45,103 nt of DNA from Mesotaenium endlicherianum (Eukaryota), in assembly GCA_009602735.1 (NCBI GenBank), contig WELA01001462.1, forward strand, positions 567,914 to 613,016, in the 5' to 3' direction. The position numbers and the translations under genes were made by a program. The notes beneath the pieces are model-generated. The model worked only from the letters and a program-made list of their open reading frames with translations, made no database searches and was not told the origin of the DNA. Of the stretch, positions 22,201 to 43,000 are shown piece by piece (position 1 is the first letter of the stretch; the number at the start of each line of letters is the position of its first letter).

Positions 22201-25200
22201 CCACGTACCCTGACAGGGAGCGCACAGGTGCCCCGTAGAAGTCTGCCGCTCCCAACCCAGGCACACAAAGGTCACGTAGCCCATCAGATCCATCACTGGG
22301 GCTGCATATTTGTGACATACAGTGACTGGTGTGTTTGGATGTGAGAGAGAATGGGGTGGAGGTAAGGGGGCACCAACCGAGAAGGTGAAGGCTGATTGGC
22401 GCGATGGCCTGCTTCGGGGCTGCAGGCGTTGCACCCACCCTGATGCCGCTTGTCCCATCTACAATGGTAAGAGCACCAGTGGAAGCAGCCACATAGAGAA
22501 CCGTCTCATAGCTCTGAGGTGGCGACACCGAGGAGAGCTTCTTGGCTGAGGAAGAGGAAGATGGTGATGAGGTAGCACCAGGTGCAGCAGCAGGGAGGGA
22601 GGGGGAGGGTGCTCCGTTGGAGAAGGGCAAGGATGCGAACGCCACGGCCACGACACGAGTGGGTGTGCCAGGCAGGCAGTGGCCGTGGAAGAGGCACGAG
22701 AAGGTTGCCAGGTCCACCAGAGTCACCTGCGTGCAGCAACGACACCTACGCTCTGAAGAACTGTGTTGCAGGCAGACAGGCAGGCAGGCCGCGCACAGGT
22801 GAGGTGCAGGGTGGGGAATGTACGCACCAGGCCAGAGCTATCGGCGATGGCAAGCCGAGCAGCGCCTGATGCCAGCACCAGTGCACTCACCCTGGCCTCG
22901 TGCAGCCTCACCACCCCTATGCACTGGAAGCCAGGCCTGCACTCCACCACCTCTGCTCACTCACACCCCCATCCTCTGCGTCAAGGGCAAGCAGCACCCC
23001 GCTCTCAACCCAGCGGGCCTTGAGAGTCCCGTGTGGACCACAGCGTGCTTTGAATGGCTCACCTGTGGTCACTGATTGGTCGGGTGTTATAGTGTGGCGG
23101 CAGAGGGTGCGGGATACGGCGGAAAGAGCATACAGCCTCACCTGAACCCCACCTCCACGTCAGAGCACCATTTAAGCAACACACGGCCACATTGCCTAAC
23201 CTGGAGAGCATGCAAGGGGCAGGGAGGTCCTATCAATGAGGAGGGGGGGGCCGGGGGGGACCAGGCCGTGTTCGTAGGCGACAGCCAGCAGGCCCGAGAG
23301 GGCGCACATGTCCAGCAGCTCCACCCCGTGCTGCACTTCTGCCTCTTCTCCTTCCTGCACCGCAAACGGGTTTCACTGTGAGGGCCAAACCATACAAAGG
23401 GACGTTCTAGCGCGTGCAAGCATTCGTGGGCCGTATGCACGGGCCAGAGATATACGTGCTCACGGCGTCTCCCTCATGTGAAGCAAAGAGGAGTGGAGTG
23501 GAGTGGATGACCTGCGGGGAGTCAAGAGTTGCAGTAGCAACGAGAGCCAGAGTAGGCAAGGACATGTCCCAGACTTGCACCACACCATTGCTGTGCCCGC
23601 TCAAGTACACACTCTTGCTGCTGTTCCCCTGCAGGCTGGGGCCGGCTATGCCGCCGGATATGGGCCACTTCCTGCCCGACTGCAGCACCGATGGGAACCT
23701 CCCAGTGGCCCCAAGCTTCATAGGAAGCTGCAACCCCCCACCGCGAAGCCCCCCTCAGTCAGATTGTGCATGCAAGCCGCTCATCCCACCCAACCGCCCT
23801 GTGGCCCTGCAGCCTACTCCTGCCCTTCTGGAAAAGCGCGTGCTTCCTTCTACCTGCTCACAGCCTCCAACTGCGTGAGTTGCATGCCTGCACAGATTGG
23901 CGCACACCTTCAGCCTGATCTGACATCCATCGCACACAGAAGAGGGAGGCCGCACACCCGATAGAACGGGGAGTCAAATATACCTGGGCAAGCAATAGGT
24001 CCATGGCAGGCGTATCGGGCGGGGCCACCAGCAGCTGGGTCGCAGTCACCATCGACTCTGACAGTGCCGTATCAAACAGCACAGGCTGCAGCTGGGGGTG
24101 CGTGTGGCCCTCACTGGGCAACAGCAGCAAGCAGTCTGCCACAGACTTCTCGTCGTACACGTGCAACTGGCCTGGCACTGTGAGGACCACCACCGCTGCC
24201 GATCTGCTGCCGTCGCTTGCATCAGGCAGCAGTAGCACGTCCCCCACAGGACCAAACCATGGCAGCCTGCTCACACTCCCTAGGGCGGCCTCGCTGTCAC
24301 TCAGTGACACTACCTGCATGCACCTTCACTGCTCCGTGTCAGTTTCTGTCGTCTCCCGTATGCTGACTCTGGCAGATATGAGAGACCAGCTCTGCTGATG
24401 GGGAGCAAGATAACTGACCGAGATCACTTCCGGCTGCCCTATGGGGCAACCTCCGAAAATGTACAACCTGCCACTGCTCTGCTGGTGGCTGCTCCCGCTG
24501 CACCACCTGAGCAGGGTCACCGGCACTCTCTGGGGTGCGCTTGCTAGTCGTACTTTGCGCGCTGGCACCCCCGTTATGAGCTGCTGCTCATCCCGGGCCC
24601 CACTGCCGCTGCTGCTCCTCTTGAAGCTACTGCTCCGGGTCACAGGAGATGCATCTGGCAGGCGCCACAGGTACACATCACCGTCCGTGTAGCCTATGGC
24701 AGCAAGCGTGCCCTGGGAGGAAGCCCAGCAAGCACTGCACACGTCTTTCTCCTCCTCCTCCTCCTCCTCCTCCTCCTCCAGCTCCTCCCGCTCCCCCTCC
24801 TCGTCCCCCTCCTCCATGCCCTTTGGCTTGTTGTCACCCTCTGACAAATCTACAGAGCTGCGCTTGTTGCTGCCAGACAGATCCCCGCTGCCGGCGGAGG
24901 CCAGGCGCATGCGCTGAGAGGCGGTGCCTCCGCAAATGGCGTGCACTTGGAGCGCTTGCAGGTCCCACAGCACCAGCAGACCGGACGCGTACACCAGGAG
25001 CACCCTGTCTCCATGCACTCCCTCCCCACCCACGCACTCACCATCATCCCATCACCCGCCACGGGGCAGGAGGACTCCCACCAGATTACTGAAACGGAGT
25101 GACTAACCTTGCGTCCTAGGAAATCTACTACAGGCCCCATACGTCTCCGGGACAGGGGGTACACAACACTATTCCACTGCAATGAAGGGTGAGCAGAGGC

Positions 25201-27081
25201 ACACCTGTGGGCAGATGACGTGAGTGGGTGGGGAAGAATTGCAACAAGGCTGTGTGATGTCTCACTGTCAGCTCTCACCACCCCTCCTGCTTGCAAACAT
25301 GGCCCGTCCCCGCCCGTGCAGCTGTGAGATTTAGTGGAGGATGAGATGGACGATCGTTCTTCGGCTTGCTCTCTCTCTCCCCTCTCCCGCCCTCCCTCTC
25401 TCTCTCTGTCTTACACACATATTCAGCCACGAAAGCAGTTCGAAGCTAAGTAAGGATTGAGGAGGAGGCGGCTGGCACCGAGGGTAATGTGGGCGGGGAC
25501 ACAGTAAGGCAGGCGCTGCAGCTGTCCATGGCCGACCTGGATGACGCTTAACAGGCCTTGCTCGTCCCCCACATACCTGCCAACCCATACAGCAGCCAGC
25601 TGCCAAGTTAGTCTAAAGTGCACACTATGCCCATCACAAGCTAAGCTGCGCACTGCAACCATGCAGAGCTTTCTCAACGGAGATCCTTCACGACATCCCT
25701 ATGTTTTGTGATGGCCAAATCAATCCGCAATCTCGAAGAACATAAGTGTGAATTCTCTTGAACGGCTGCAAAGAGTACAGTAACATCGTGAAAGGAAAGG
25801 GAGGGGGAGAGAGTAACAAGAAAGAAGTGCCAGGGACGACACAGATGGCTGTGATGTCGCAATCCCATGTGAGAGAAGCGTCCACCTCCTGGCGTGAGAG
25901 GTCCCACACCTGCAGGCAGGCAAGCCGGCAGGTCGACTCAGCAGGCTGAAAAGTTCCCACTTTCTTCGTGCAAATCCCAACACGTTTGACTGTGCCAGCT
26001 CCCGGAATGTGTTCTCTCCGGCTCCAAGCTTGCGGAAGTGTGTCCATGAGGAAGGACATAAGATCCCTGTTTTAGTCATGGTTCATCTGGACGTCAGTTT
26101 ATTACAAGGTGATTCTGCTCGAACAATATGCTTGCTTGTGACCATCCTGGGAGGGAGAGAGGAGGATGAGGTGAAGTACCTCAACGGTATTCCGGGTACT
26201 CAGGTATACCAGATGCCCGCTGTTTGTCACAAACTGCGATCCACGAGCAGATGACACATACAAACTGCAAAAATAAGTTCCTCCAGTCTACGGAAGGGGC
26301 ACTTTTTCTTTGGGACTGAGCAAAATATCTGTTCCAAGTTCCACACCAATTACAGCAAAGAGCCCACGACAACGTGAAGAGCACTTTGTTGAGAAATACC
26401 TCAAGATGTTTGCAGGGAGCCCCAGTCTCCGTCGTCAACATGCTTTCCACACCATCACCTCCATATATCTTAATACGGCCATCCCTGCACCCCCTTTTGT
26501 GCGATGAGCTTACCTTCTGGGAAAATATATAATGCATAACGTTGTAAGACGCTTGTGCAGCAATGTAGGCACAGAGCGAATGGGCATGGGCATGTTCAAC
26601 ACTAGTGCATTTTCTGAATAGAAAATGTACATGTATAGCACATGCTATACTGTAACTGTTTAGACATTATACAAAATCAAGCGGACCTTGTCCCCACAGC
26701 TAGCAACCGCTGCACGGCATCATATGCCAGGATGGATGAAGCAGCAGGAACGCCATGGTGAACTGTCAAACGGGGCTCTAGCTCGGATGCCTTCAGATCT
26801 CCAGAAGGCACCTGTAGCTGTTCATGCAGGCATAACATGGTTTTTTAAGTCATCAAGAAGCTTAGTGCGATCATAAGAACAGAACGATGGCCGTGAGAGT
26901 TGTGAACCTCTGTCTGCCAACCAGGAAAATTTAGCCTCACAAAGCACGCGGTCACTACTTTCAAATGCCTGCAATGGACGTGCTTCTCCTCAAACCACTC
27001 AAAAGTAGGACCACAAATCGCAAGAAGAGGTCAAAAACTGACCTCTATGGGTGGAGCCTTTCCAATGAACCGCTTGAACAT
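19272..27081 (-). CDS. Tomosyn / lethal(2) giant larvae (Sro7)-like WD40 protein with a C-terminal R-SNARE-like coiled coil; multi-exon
   Basis: GT-AG exons: 27081-27043 [13 protein letters not shown]; 26811-26687 [12 protein letters not shown]...[14 protein letters not shown]; 26484-26400 [13 protein letters not shown]. Then [53 protein letters not shown]...[24 protein letters not shown]-terminus [12 protein letters not shown] / [12 protein letters not shown] / [29 protein letters not shown]. Internal exon borders are only partly resolved. Confidence 0.9.
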
Positions 27082-27408
27082 CGTTACACCTTCGACGTAC
27101 TAGCAATGCATACCTTATGATATGTCTCACGAGCATAAATCAACCAAAGCTCCCCCAATCACGAAGGACAGAGGACATCACATGTAATAACATAGAACAG
27201 GATTTGCACTCGTGGTGTGGCCTGCCGTGTGTGATGGCTTTTGTGTTCAGTGCCATTTAAAATATAGGTCGGCAATCTCAAGGAGAGCATTTTGAGCATG
27301 CTCCGTTATATGGTCGAGAATTTGGAATGCGTGAAAAAAAAGCACGAGGTCCTATCGTTACAAATAGGCGACAAAGTGCTAACCGGAGCTTTGAAGTGTT
27401 GAGTAGTA

Positions 27409-27490
27409 ACAATTTCTAAACTATTTGAAGCTATTTGAAGCAATTTGAAGCCATTTCTAACAATTTGAAGCAATTGATGCATTTTGAAAC
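27409..27490. repeat. 10-bp tandem repeat (CTATTTGAAG / CAATTTGAAG)
   Basis: About 7 degenerate units visible. Confidence 0.8.
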
Positions 27491-27799
27491 GCTCCTATAC
27501 AGCTCCTACATGTAGAGCCTGAAGCTGCTTGAATATAGTCAAGAGCTTGCCACCGACATGTCAACGGTGACTAGAGCAGAATAGGAAGCTACCCGACGCC
27601 ACCCGACTGCACCCGACGCTCTTGAACGATGTCAAATTAGACAAATTGCACATTCCTCCCAACCTGTTTCAACTGGTTTCAACCCCTCGCCTTGCCGTGG
27701 GATCTCAAGTCTATCGTACGACTGCGTACGACCATCTTTTCAGCTTCACATGTTTCGGGCAGAAGTTGTAGTCAACGAGAGAGGCACACCTGGCAGCTC

Positions 27800-27876
27800 A
27801 GAATGGCTCAAGAGTGGCTCAAAGTGGCTCAAGTGGGCTCAAGAATGGCCCGAAGTGGCTCAAGAGTGGCTCAGAG
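27800..27876. repeat. 10-11-bp tandem repeat (AGAGTGGCTCA)
   Basis: About 7 units of A(G/A)(A/G)TGGCTCA. Confidence 0.8.
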
Positions 27877-28195
27877 CTTATCAATGGGGAAAAGCTGGGG
27901 ACCGTGCCGGAACAGAGGGTTATAAGAGACAGTAACGTTCTGGCCTTTCTCCTGGAGGGGTCTTAGGGACCGCCTGTTTACTGCTGGAGCTGGCATCGCA
28001 GCTGGTGCCCATCACCGCTCTTTCTCTGGCTACTTACGGTCATTTGCATATATACCAATTTGCTCTCTAAATCTTCAAACCGATCTTCCGAAGTTCGTCC
28101 CATATTATTTCGTTTCAATACCATTTCTTGCTCACATAGTCCAGTGGAAAAGGCAGGACAGTAGTAGGGTGCTGGAGTAGCCCGGTGCTTGAGCC

Positions 28196-36366
<8,171 letters not shown>

Positions 36367-37929
36367 ATACTAAATATTGCTCTTTTTTTCCCTTGGCTTC
36401 TTACATACCTACCATTCCTTTTCGCCTCTCTAACTTCCTCCCACTCGATCCATCTTCAACATCACTTTCTCCTTTTTTCCTGGCTTCTAATTATCGCCAT
36501 TGTTCTTGGTGGAACAAGGCGGTAGATGAGCATTTTGAAGCTTTTCCTTGCCCCCTCCTTTGCCTTGTTCATTTACCTCCCTCTCTCTGTTCGTTTATTC
36601 GATTGCTCTCAATGTGTCACATGAGTAAGAATCACTGGTTAGAAATGTGGGGATGTTCGCAATATGTGTAGCTTTTCCTTTGATCATAGTGATTTCACTT
36701 ACTTTTGCTTGACAACTATGACCTTTTTGAGCTGTGCTGTATGGTTGGAGCAATTTCATAATTGGTTCTTGATATTTTTGGTCTTCAACCAACTACTAAT
36801 CCATATTAAAGTTCTTGTAATTAAGTTCTTTCGTATTGAAAGAAACACGTGATGGTTCTCGCAAATGGAGACAGCACCTTTAAATGTGTTTGTTCAATAG
36901 AAGATCACTGTGTGCTTAGTCTCGTTGTAGTCCAAGGGATATACCGCCATGAAGGTAGAATCACATCTCTTCCCAAATATAAGATGGGAACCACTCGGAC
37001 GGCTCTAAGGACTTGAGGGGAAGTTTGGTCGCCCCAAGAGGCCTGCTAAGGGTTAGAGAATTGGAAGAGGAAATAATGGGGCTCGCCCCCATCTTTCAGT
37101 GGCCAACTTTAATGGGAGAACTAATAAGTCCTCCTCAGGAAGATACTAGGTGCAATGTTTTTAATAAGCACAACCTATGGGGACCACAAAGGAAGGCTGT
37201 CAGAGGGCGCAACTGTCGCATGTAGCACTCCGGTATCGTAGAGAAAGTCCTCATTACTTGTCCCCGAAGAAAGAGCATATTGAGAGGAACTTAGGATGGC
37301 TCGGAACCTTAGGTTGGCCAGAAGGGCTCAAGATGCGAGGGTGTTGGCCAAAGTTAAGCCAAGGGGTTTAAGATGCTAGGAAGCCTTAGTGTGATAGGTT
37401 GCTACGACTTTGGAGTGCTTTGGGAAAATGTGCGGTGCACGACTAGGTGGTGGCAAGTAAGACGAACATAGAGTATGCACAGGACCATGGGTTTTGTATA
37501 GTGGCAAACCCCCCTCGAGTCTTGGAATGGGTTCTTGGTCCTGAAGAGCTCAAGGAGCGAGATGAATAGGCTAGGCGAGCGACCACCCTGATGCTGCCTT
37601 AATGGAATGAAATTCCAAAAAACTATTATGAAATCATTCCAACTCGAATCGGCCCACGGCCAAATTTGATGCGGATGTGACCATTCTTTTGCTATTCTAT
37701 TGTCACCCCGTCCTTTTTGGCAAGTTTGCGAGGCTGTGATTTTGACAAGATCCACTTGCTTAGATGGCCGTCGCCGCTGCTGTACCATATTTTCAAGTTT
37801 CACAAATCCAACCGAACTAGCGGGCACCAAATGCAATCTTGTCAGGGTCCTCGGTTTCGGATCGTCTAACAACTTCTCGAAGCTCACAGACGTCTTTGCC
37901 CCTCATTCGTACCTTATGTCTCATACCCT

Positions 37930-39088
37930 AAATATAATATGTATCAAGTCCAGTCTGCTGAACTCTACTTAGTATTAAGTCTGCTAGACTATAGAATTAT
38001 TAAGTATAATGACTCAGCCCGAAGACAGGCTAAAGTCCACTATAGGTCAGTTTGCTGACACATTCTTTGACAGTGAGCTGATTGTCGTACGCGGTATCAA
38101 TGAACTACCTAGTTATACATCTAAGTGTGATATGCTAGATGAGTGGCCAGATGACACCCTCGGGTGGATGGCGATTTGAGATGATGGGAGATGGTTGTGG
38201 ATTTGGTTAGCCGATGTCCTACCAACGTGGTTAAGTCCTAAGTAGGCGTTGCCATCGCACTTGCCGTTGAACTAAAAACTCATTCCATTTACAAAGGCTA
38301 GGTATTGCCCTCGAGTTTGGCATTCGAAAATGAGGCCAACTCTCTGTACAGCTTATTGAAACGACATATGAATCCAAGACTGCAAGCCGTTACATGAATT
38401 GCTTACTAACCTTGCTTATGTATGAGTTTACTGATTGCATGATTGATGCTCGTAGCTTGCATTTGACTTGTGAGTATTTGTAGTGAAACAGATAGATGAA
38501 GTACTTAGTGAAATAGAATACTTTATCCATTTAAGACAAGGATCTTTGTACACAAGTTGTAGCTTCTTGAAAGAGAAATGGTTTCTTGGAAGTTAATATA
38601 TTTCTCGAGTTTGGCAAGTACAAGAGTATATTTACAATGCCTTTCTATGTTCTAGATGTTGTTTATATACTTGTTACATAAGTAGTTTCTAGGAAGGTGC
38701 ATGTTGATGTGTTGGCACCCAACACATCCCAAACTTGCCACCTCTTTTCAAAATAATGTACACATGTTCTTGTAACCTAAAAATGGCATATTTGACTTCT
38801 GCCACATAGAGTTCTTCGAAAATGCCTTAGAAGGTTCAAAGGACATGAAGCAAGTCACTAGTATCTATTCACACTTGAATCCACACAAAACTACTCCAAC
38901 TTTTTAAAAAGCATTAAAATAAAAACAAACTAATATATTCTAACTCATATCACTACAATATTACTCTTGCTAGTTGTGTGGTCTGTTGTTGATTTATAAG
39001 TTAACCAAAAAATACCATAAAGATAACTTGCTGATACAAATTTTTTTTATCAATTGTAAATCGCCTATTGGTAAGTCGATTCATTTCA
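37930..39088 (+). mobile_element. Diverged family B LTR (5' limit uncertain), interrupted by a solo A LTR
   Basis: Reverse-complement similarity to 2837-3520 (GCTGACACATTCTTTGACAG, ACCAACGTGGTTAA, TCGCCTATTGGTAAG...CATTTCA). Confidence 0.8.
38479..38957 (-). mobile_element. Solo LTR of family A (diverged, 479 bp)
   Basis: TGTAGTGA...TCACTACA; flanks GTATT / ATATT (TSD with one mismatch). Confidence 0.9.
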
Positions 39089-39134
39089 CAAATTCCCAAG
39101 ACATAGTATTGAGGCAGTAAATTGCAGTAGTGAA

Positions 39135-39530
39135 TTGAATTTCTGCACAGATTCAAAGTAGCGCCTAATCTTTCTGCTCTCAAAAGCACTCCCAACTTTG
39201 GCTTCCTTTCAGATTTGGTGGCCCTATAGCCGTCTTTGATGCGTTCTGTCTGGCGCTAGAATTTCTAGATTAAAGCTATTTTGTGGACTTTATGGATTCT
39301 TGAGTGGGTGGCAAATTTTGAGCCTAATTTTACACATTTTCCCTTATCATTGAGGATTAGACTAGTCAAGGTGGATTACCACCACTCACGACCTTTGACT
39401 AGTCTCGTTTACATGTGTGAAACCTGACTTGAAGCGCCGAGACGTTACATCTTCTGTCCGGGGAGTGATGTGGCGATATAAGTTAGACTATATTAGTTGG
39501 TTTTCACATTTGAATGCTTTAAAATGTGAA
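39135..39530 (+). mobile_element. Old fragment of an A-related element: 3' non-coding region, PPT and start of LTR
   Basis: Reverse-complement similarity to ~10030-10500 (TTCTGCACAGATT; ACATGTG...ACCTGACTTGA.GCGCCGAGACG; GGGGAGTGA-TGT). Confidence 0.7.
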
Positions 39531-40050
39531 AATTAACTAATAAAGTCTAACATAATCGCTACAGGTGCGGTGTTATTGGCAACAAAGTGTGCAACCAATC
39601 TCCTTGCCTGTTGTGACAGCAGAATAATATATCCCCACATTGGTCAAAATTAGTAGCTTAAGAGGTGCACCTGAGTAGTATCTCTAACTTTGAAATGGCA
39701 GCGAAACGTGCTCCGTGGTTGTAAACTTCCTCCCTAGGGAGCCTAGGAAACCGCTAACCTATCTGATCCTGGAGTACAAGAGATAGAAAATCTTGAAAGA
39801 GTCGGTAAAAGTGTTGCTCTCCGGCTCCTGTTGCCGTTCTTGCCTCCGCGCCCTTCTCTTCGTCTTCTTTTCTTCTTTACACATTTGTTTTGTGCATGCT
39901 TGTGTCTTCATCGAGGTTGGCGAAGCAATTTTGCGATCCTCTCAACCCTAGATGTGCACACACTTGTGTCACCAAGACTTTTCATGCTGCCAAACTGTGT
40001 TGTGCGAGACTCGTTCGTCCCTTATGACGAATCCGAGCTCATGCAGCAAC

Positions 40051-43000
40051 TGTAGTGAAACAGATAGATAAAGTACGTAGTGAAATATAACACTTCATCT
40101 ATTCAAGACAAGGATCTCTGAACACAAGTAGTAGCTTCTTGAAAGGGAGACGGCTTCTTGAAACTTAATATATTTTTGGCACTTGGCAAGTACAAGAGTG
40201 TTCTGGAATGCCTTTCTATGTTCTAGCTCTTGTTTATGTACTTGCGACATAAGTAGTTTCTAGAAATTTGCATGTTGATGTGTTGGCACCCAACACATCC
40301 CAAAACTTGCCACCTCTTTCTAGTATAATGTACACATGTCCTTTTGACCTAAAAATGGCACATTTGACTTTTGCCACATGGAGTTCTTCTAGGTCCTTCC
40401 TCTAACTTCAAAATGCATTAGAAGGTTTAAAGGACATGAACCAAGTCACTAGAATATCTATTCACACTTGTATCCACACAATAATATTCCAAATACATTC
40501 AAAAGCATTAAAATAAAAGCAAACTAATACATTATAACTCAAATCACTACATCATTCCCCCCACAGAAGAAGCGACGTTTCGGCGCGTCAAGTCAGGTCT
40601 TACACATATGGAGCAGACTAGTCAACAGGTTCAAGTCAGGTGCCACACATGTAAAGAAGATTAGTGAAAGGCGCCAAGTTAGGTGCTACATATGTAAGGT
40701 CGACTAGGCAAAGTCGTGGGTGGTGTGACCTTATTGGCTAGCCTACTCTTTGATGGTAAGGAAAATAGTACAAGTTGGCCCAGAATCCGCCACGGATTCA
40801 AAATTCAAAGCGTCCACAAAACTGATCTAAATCAAAAAAAAATTATGCCAAACGGAGCGCGTCGGAGAAATCTACCAGGTCACCAATTTTGAGAGCATTC
40901 GAAGTTTTGGAGTGTTGTCGAGAGCAGAGAGTATAGGTACTCCTCCAAATCTGTGCAGAAACTTCTGAAAAATCTGAAGTCCTTCTATACTTCTCTAAAC
41001 TTTGCAAAGTTAGTCTCTAAATGAGCGCAGTAAGGCCTTCTACCATAGCCTTGAGTTTCAATTCCAAGTGCAGGGGAGGGCACAATGTCGCAAGGCATAT
41101 TGTGCCCAAATAATGCCAACAGCCTGACCCCCTTGTGTTCAGAGATTTTTATCTCTCTAACCACAACATTAAATATAGCAAACTTGGAATCTAAAGAACC
41201 ACCTACTTTTAGACTACAGCCAGGTGAATTTTCAAACTTTATTATGCAGAAACCTATCACCGGTAGCAGTTTTAGTTTTCTGTCCAGAAACTGTGAGAAG
41301 AGAAGAGTGTCTAATGTCAATTTTTCCTCTTTCTTGTTCTTGCAGGCTGCCTCCAAGGGGTTTTCTGCTGCTTCTTGCTGGTGGCAAGCTGCCTCCCTGA
41401 AGTCTTTGGGCTTCTAGTAGAGAGATTTGGGGCTGGTCCAAGATGGGGGTTGGCGGCATGGAAACGTTTTAGCTTTCTCTGAACTTTGTCAAGGTAGTGC
41501 GCCGCCACCCAACTATTCTCAGAATTCGGATATCCTTTCCACTTGATCAAGTATTGCTGCTGTCTCCTGAAAATTTTCATAGCCACTATGTCTTCCACTT
41601 TGTACTCCAAATGATCATCCACTATTGTTGGGGCTGGTGGGGTTGTCACTCGTTCTGGGAACTTGTTGTCGGGTTGCACATATGGCTTGAAGAGGGAAGC
41701 GTGGAATACGGGGTCGATGTGCATAGTTTGGGAAAGCTCTAGCTTGAAACCAACAGGGTTGACTAGCTGAATAATCTTGAAGGGTCCCAAATACTTAGGA
41801 AAGAACTTGCTGCCGGCAGGCCTGTTGTTGAGAGAAATATTCTTGGATGATAGTAACACGTTGTCACCCACTCTGTACGTAATTTCTCTTCTGGACCTGT
41901 TTGCCACTCTTGCTTGAGCATCTTGCGCCTGTTGTAGAGCTTTCTTTGCTGCTGTAAGGGCTGCTTCTAATGTCTCCATAAAATCTGTTGCTGCAGGAAC
42001 TTCATCATGGCCAGCCGTGAAGCTCAGCGACGTGGTTGGATGAAAGCCATAGTTGAGGACGAATGGGGACTCTTGGGTAGAGGCCTGCGTCGTGTTGTTG
42101 TTGGCAAACTCCAAGGGGGTCAAGTACATGTCCCAATCTTGCTCCAGAGTAGACACGTAGGCCTTTAGAGAGGTCTTTAGGGTACGATTCATACGCTCGG
42201 TTTGCCCATCTGATTGCGGGTGGTAGGCAGTTGACATATCCAGCGATGTACCCAAGTTCTTGAAGAGATTTTTCCAAAAATGGCTTGTGAATCTTGGATC
42301 CCTATCCGACACAATTCTTGATGGTAGTCCATGGATTCGGAAGGTGTTGTCAAAGATGAGTCTTGCAAGATGTGGTACTGTAGCCTTAGTCGTCGTGGGA
42401 TTAAAATGAGCCATCTTGGTAAGTCTGTCCACCACCATGAGTATTACATTATGGCCTCGAGGTGTCACGGGCAGGTCCACGATAAGGTCCATTGAGATGT
42501 CCGTCCATTGTCTTTCGGGGATTGGTAGTGGTTGGAGGAGTCCTCCCGCCTTTTGCGATGATGGCTTGACTCTTTGGTATGCGTCACAACTCCTGCAATA
42601 TTCCTTGACTTGCTTAGACATGCCTGGCCAACAATAAGACCTGGCTAGAAAGCCCGTGGTCTTTAGGATTCCAAAGTGTCCTCCAAGAGGGTTGTGGTGT
42701 GCTTCTCGTAGAAGCAAGAGCTGACGATTTAAGTCAATAGGAACACATCTCTGGCCCGTGTCTTGCCTCACCCAATAATTTCCTTCTTGCTTCTTCTATG
42801 GGTGCAAGGCTGCTTCTCCGTTCTTGTAGTAAGGGTCTCTTTCATAGGCGGCTGAAAATCGACCTTCCAAATCTGTCTTCAGGGATGTCATCACTACATT
42901 TAATTGCAATCTTGAGAGGGGGTCAGTCGGGTTTGTCTTGCCGGGCTGGAACTGAATCGTGATGTTGTATTGTTGCAAGTATCCGCTCCATCTTGCTTGT

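Larger units (their letters stand above)
27082..28195. promoter_or_regulatory. Shared divergent promoter / 5' UTR region
   Basis: 1.1 kb between head-to-head ATGs; contains several ~10-bp-period repeats. Confidence 0.6.

Noticed and set aside
20096..25300. Many overlapping plus-strand ORFs
   Set aside because: Antisense shadows of the GC-rich exons of the tomosyn-like gene.
39560..40050. Possible copia-type LTR (CCCACATTGG motif)
   Set aside because: No termini, TSD, PBS or second copy visible in the window.
40985..41356. 123-aa sense ORF after pol (possible env-like or extra ORF)
   Set aside because: The equivalent frame in the intact element stops after about 50 codons, and there are no recognisable motifs.
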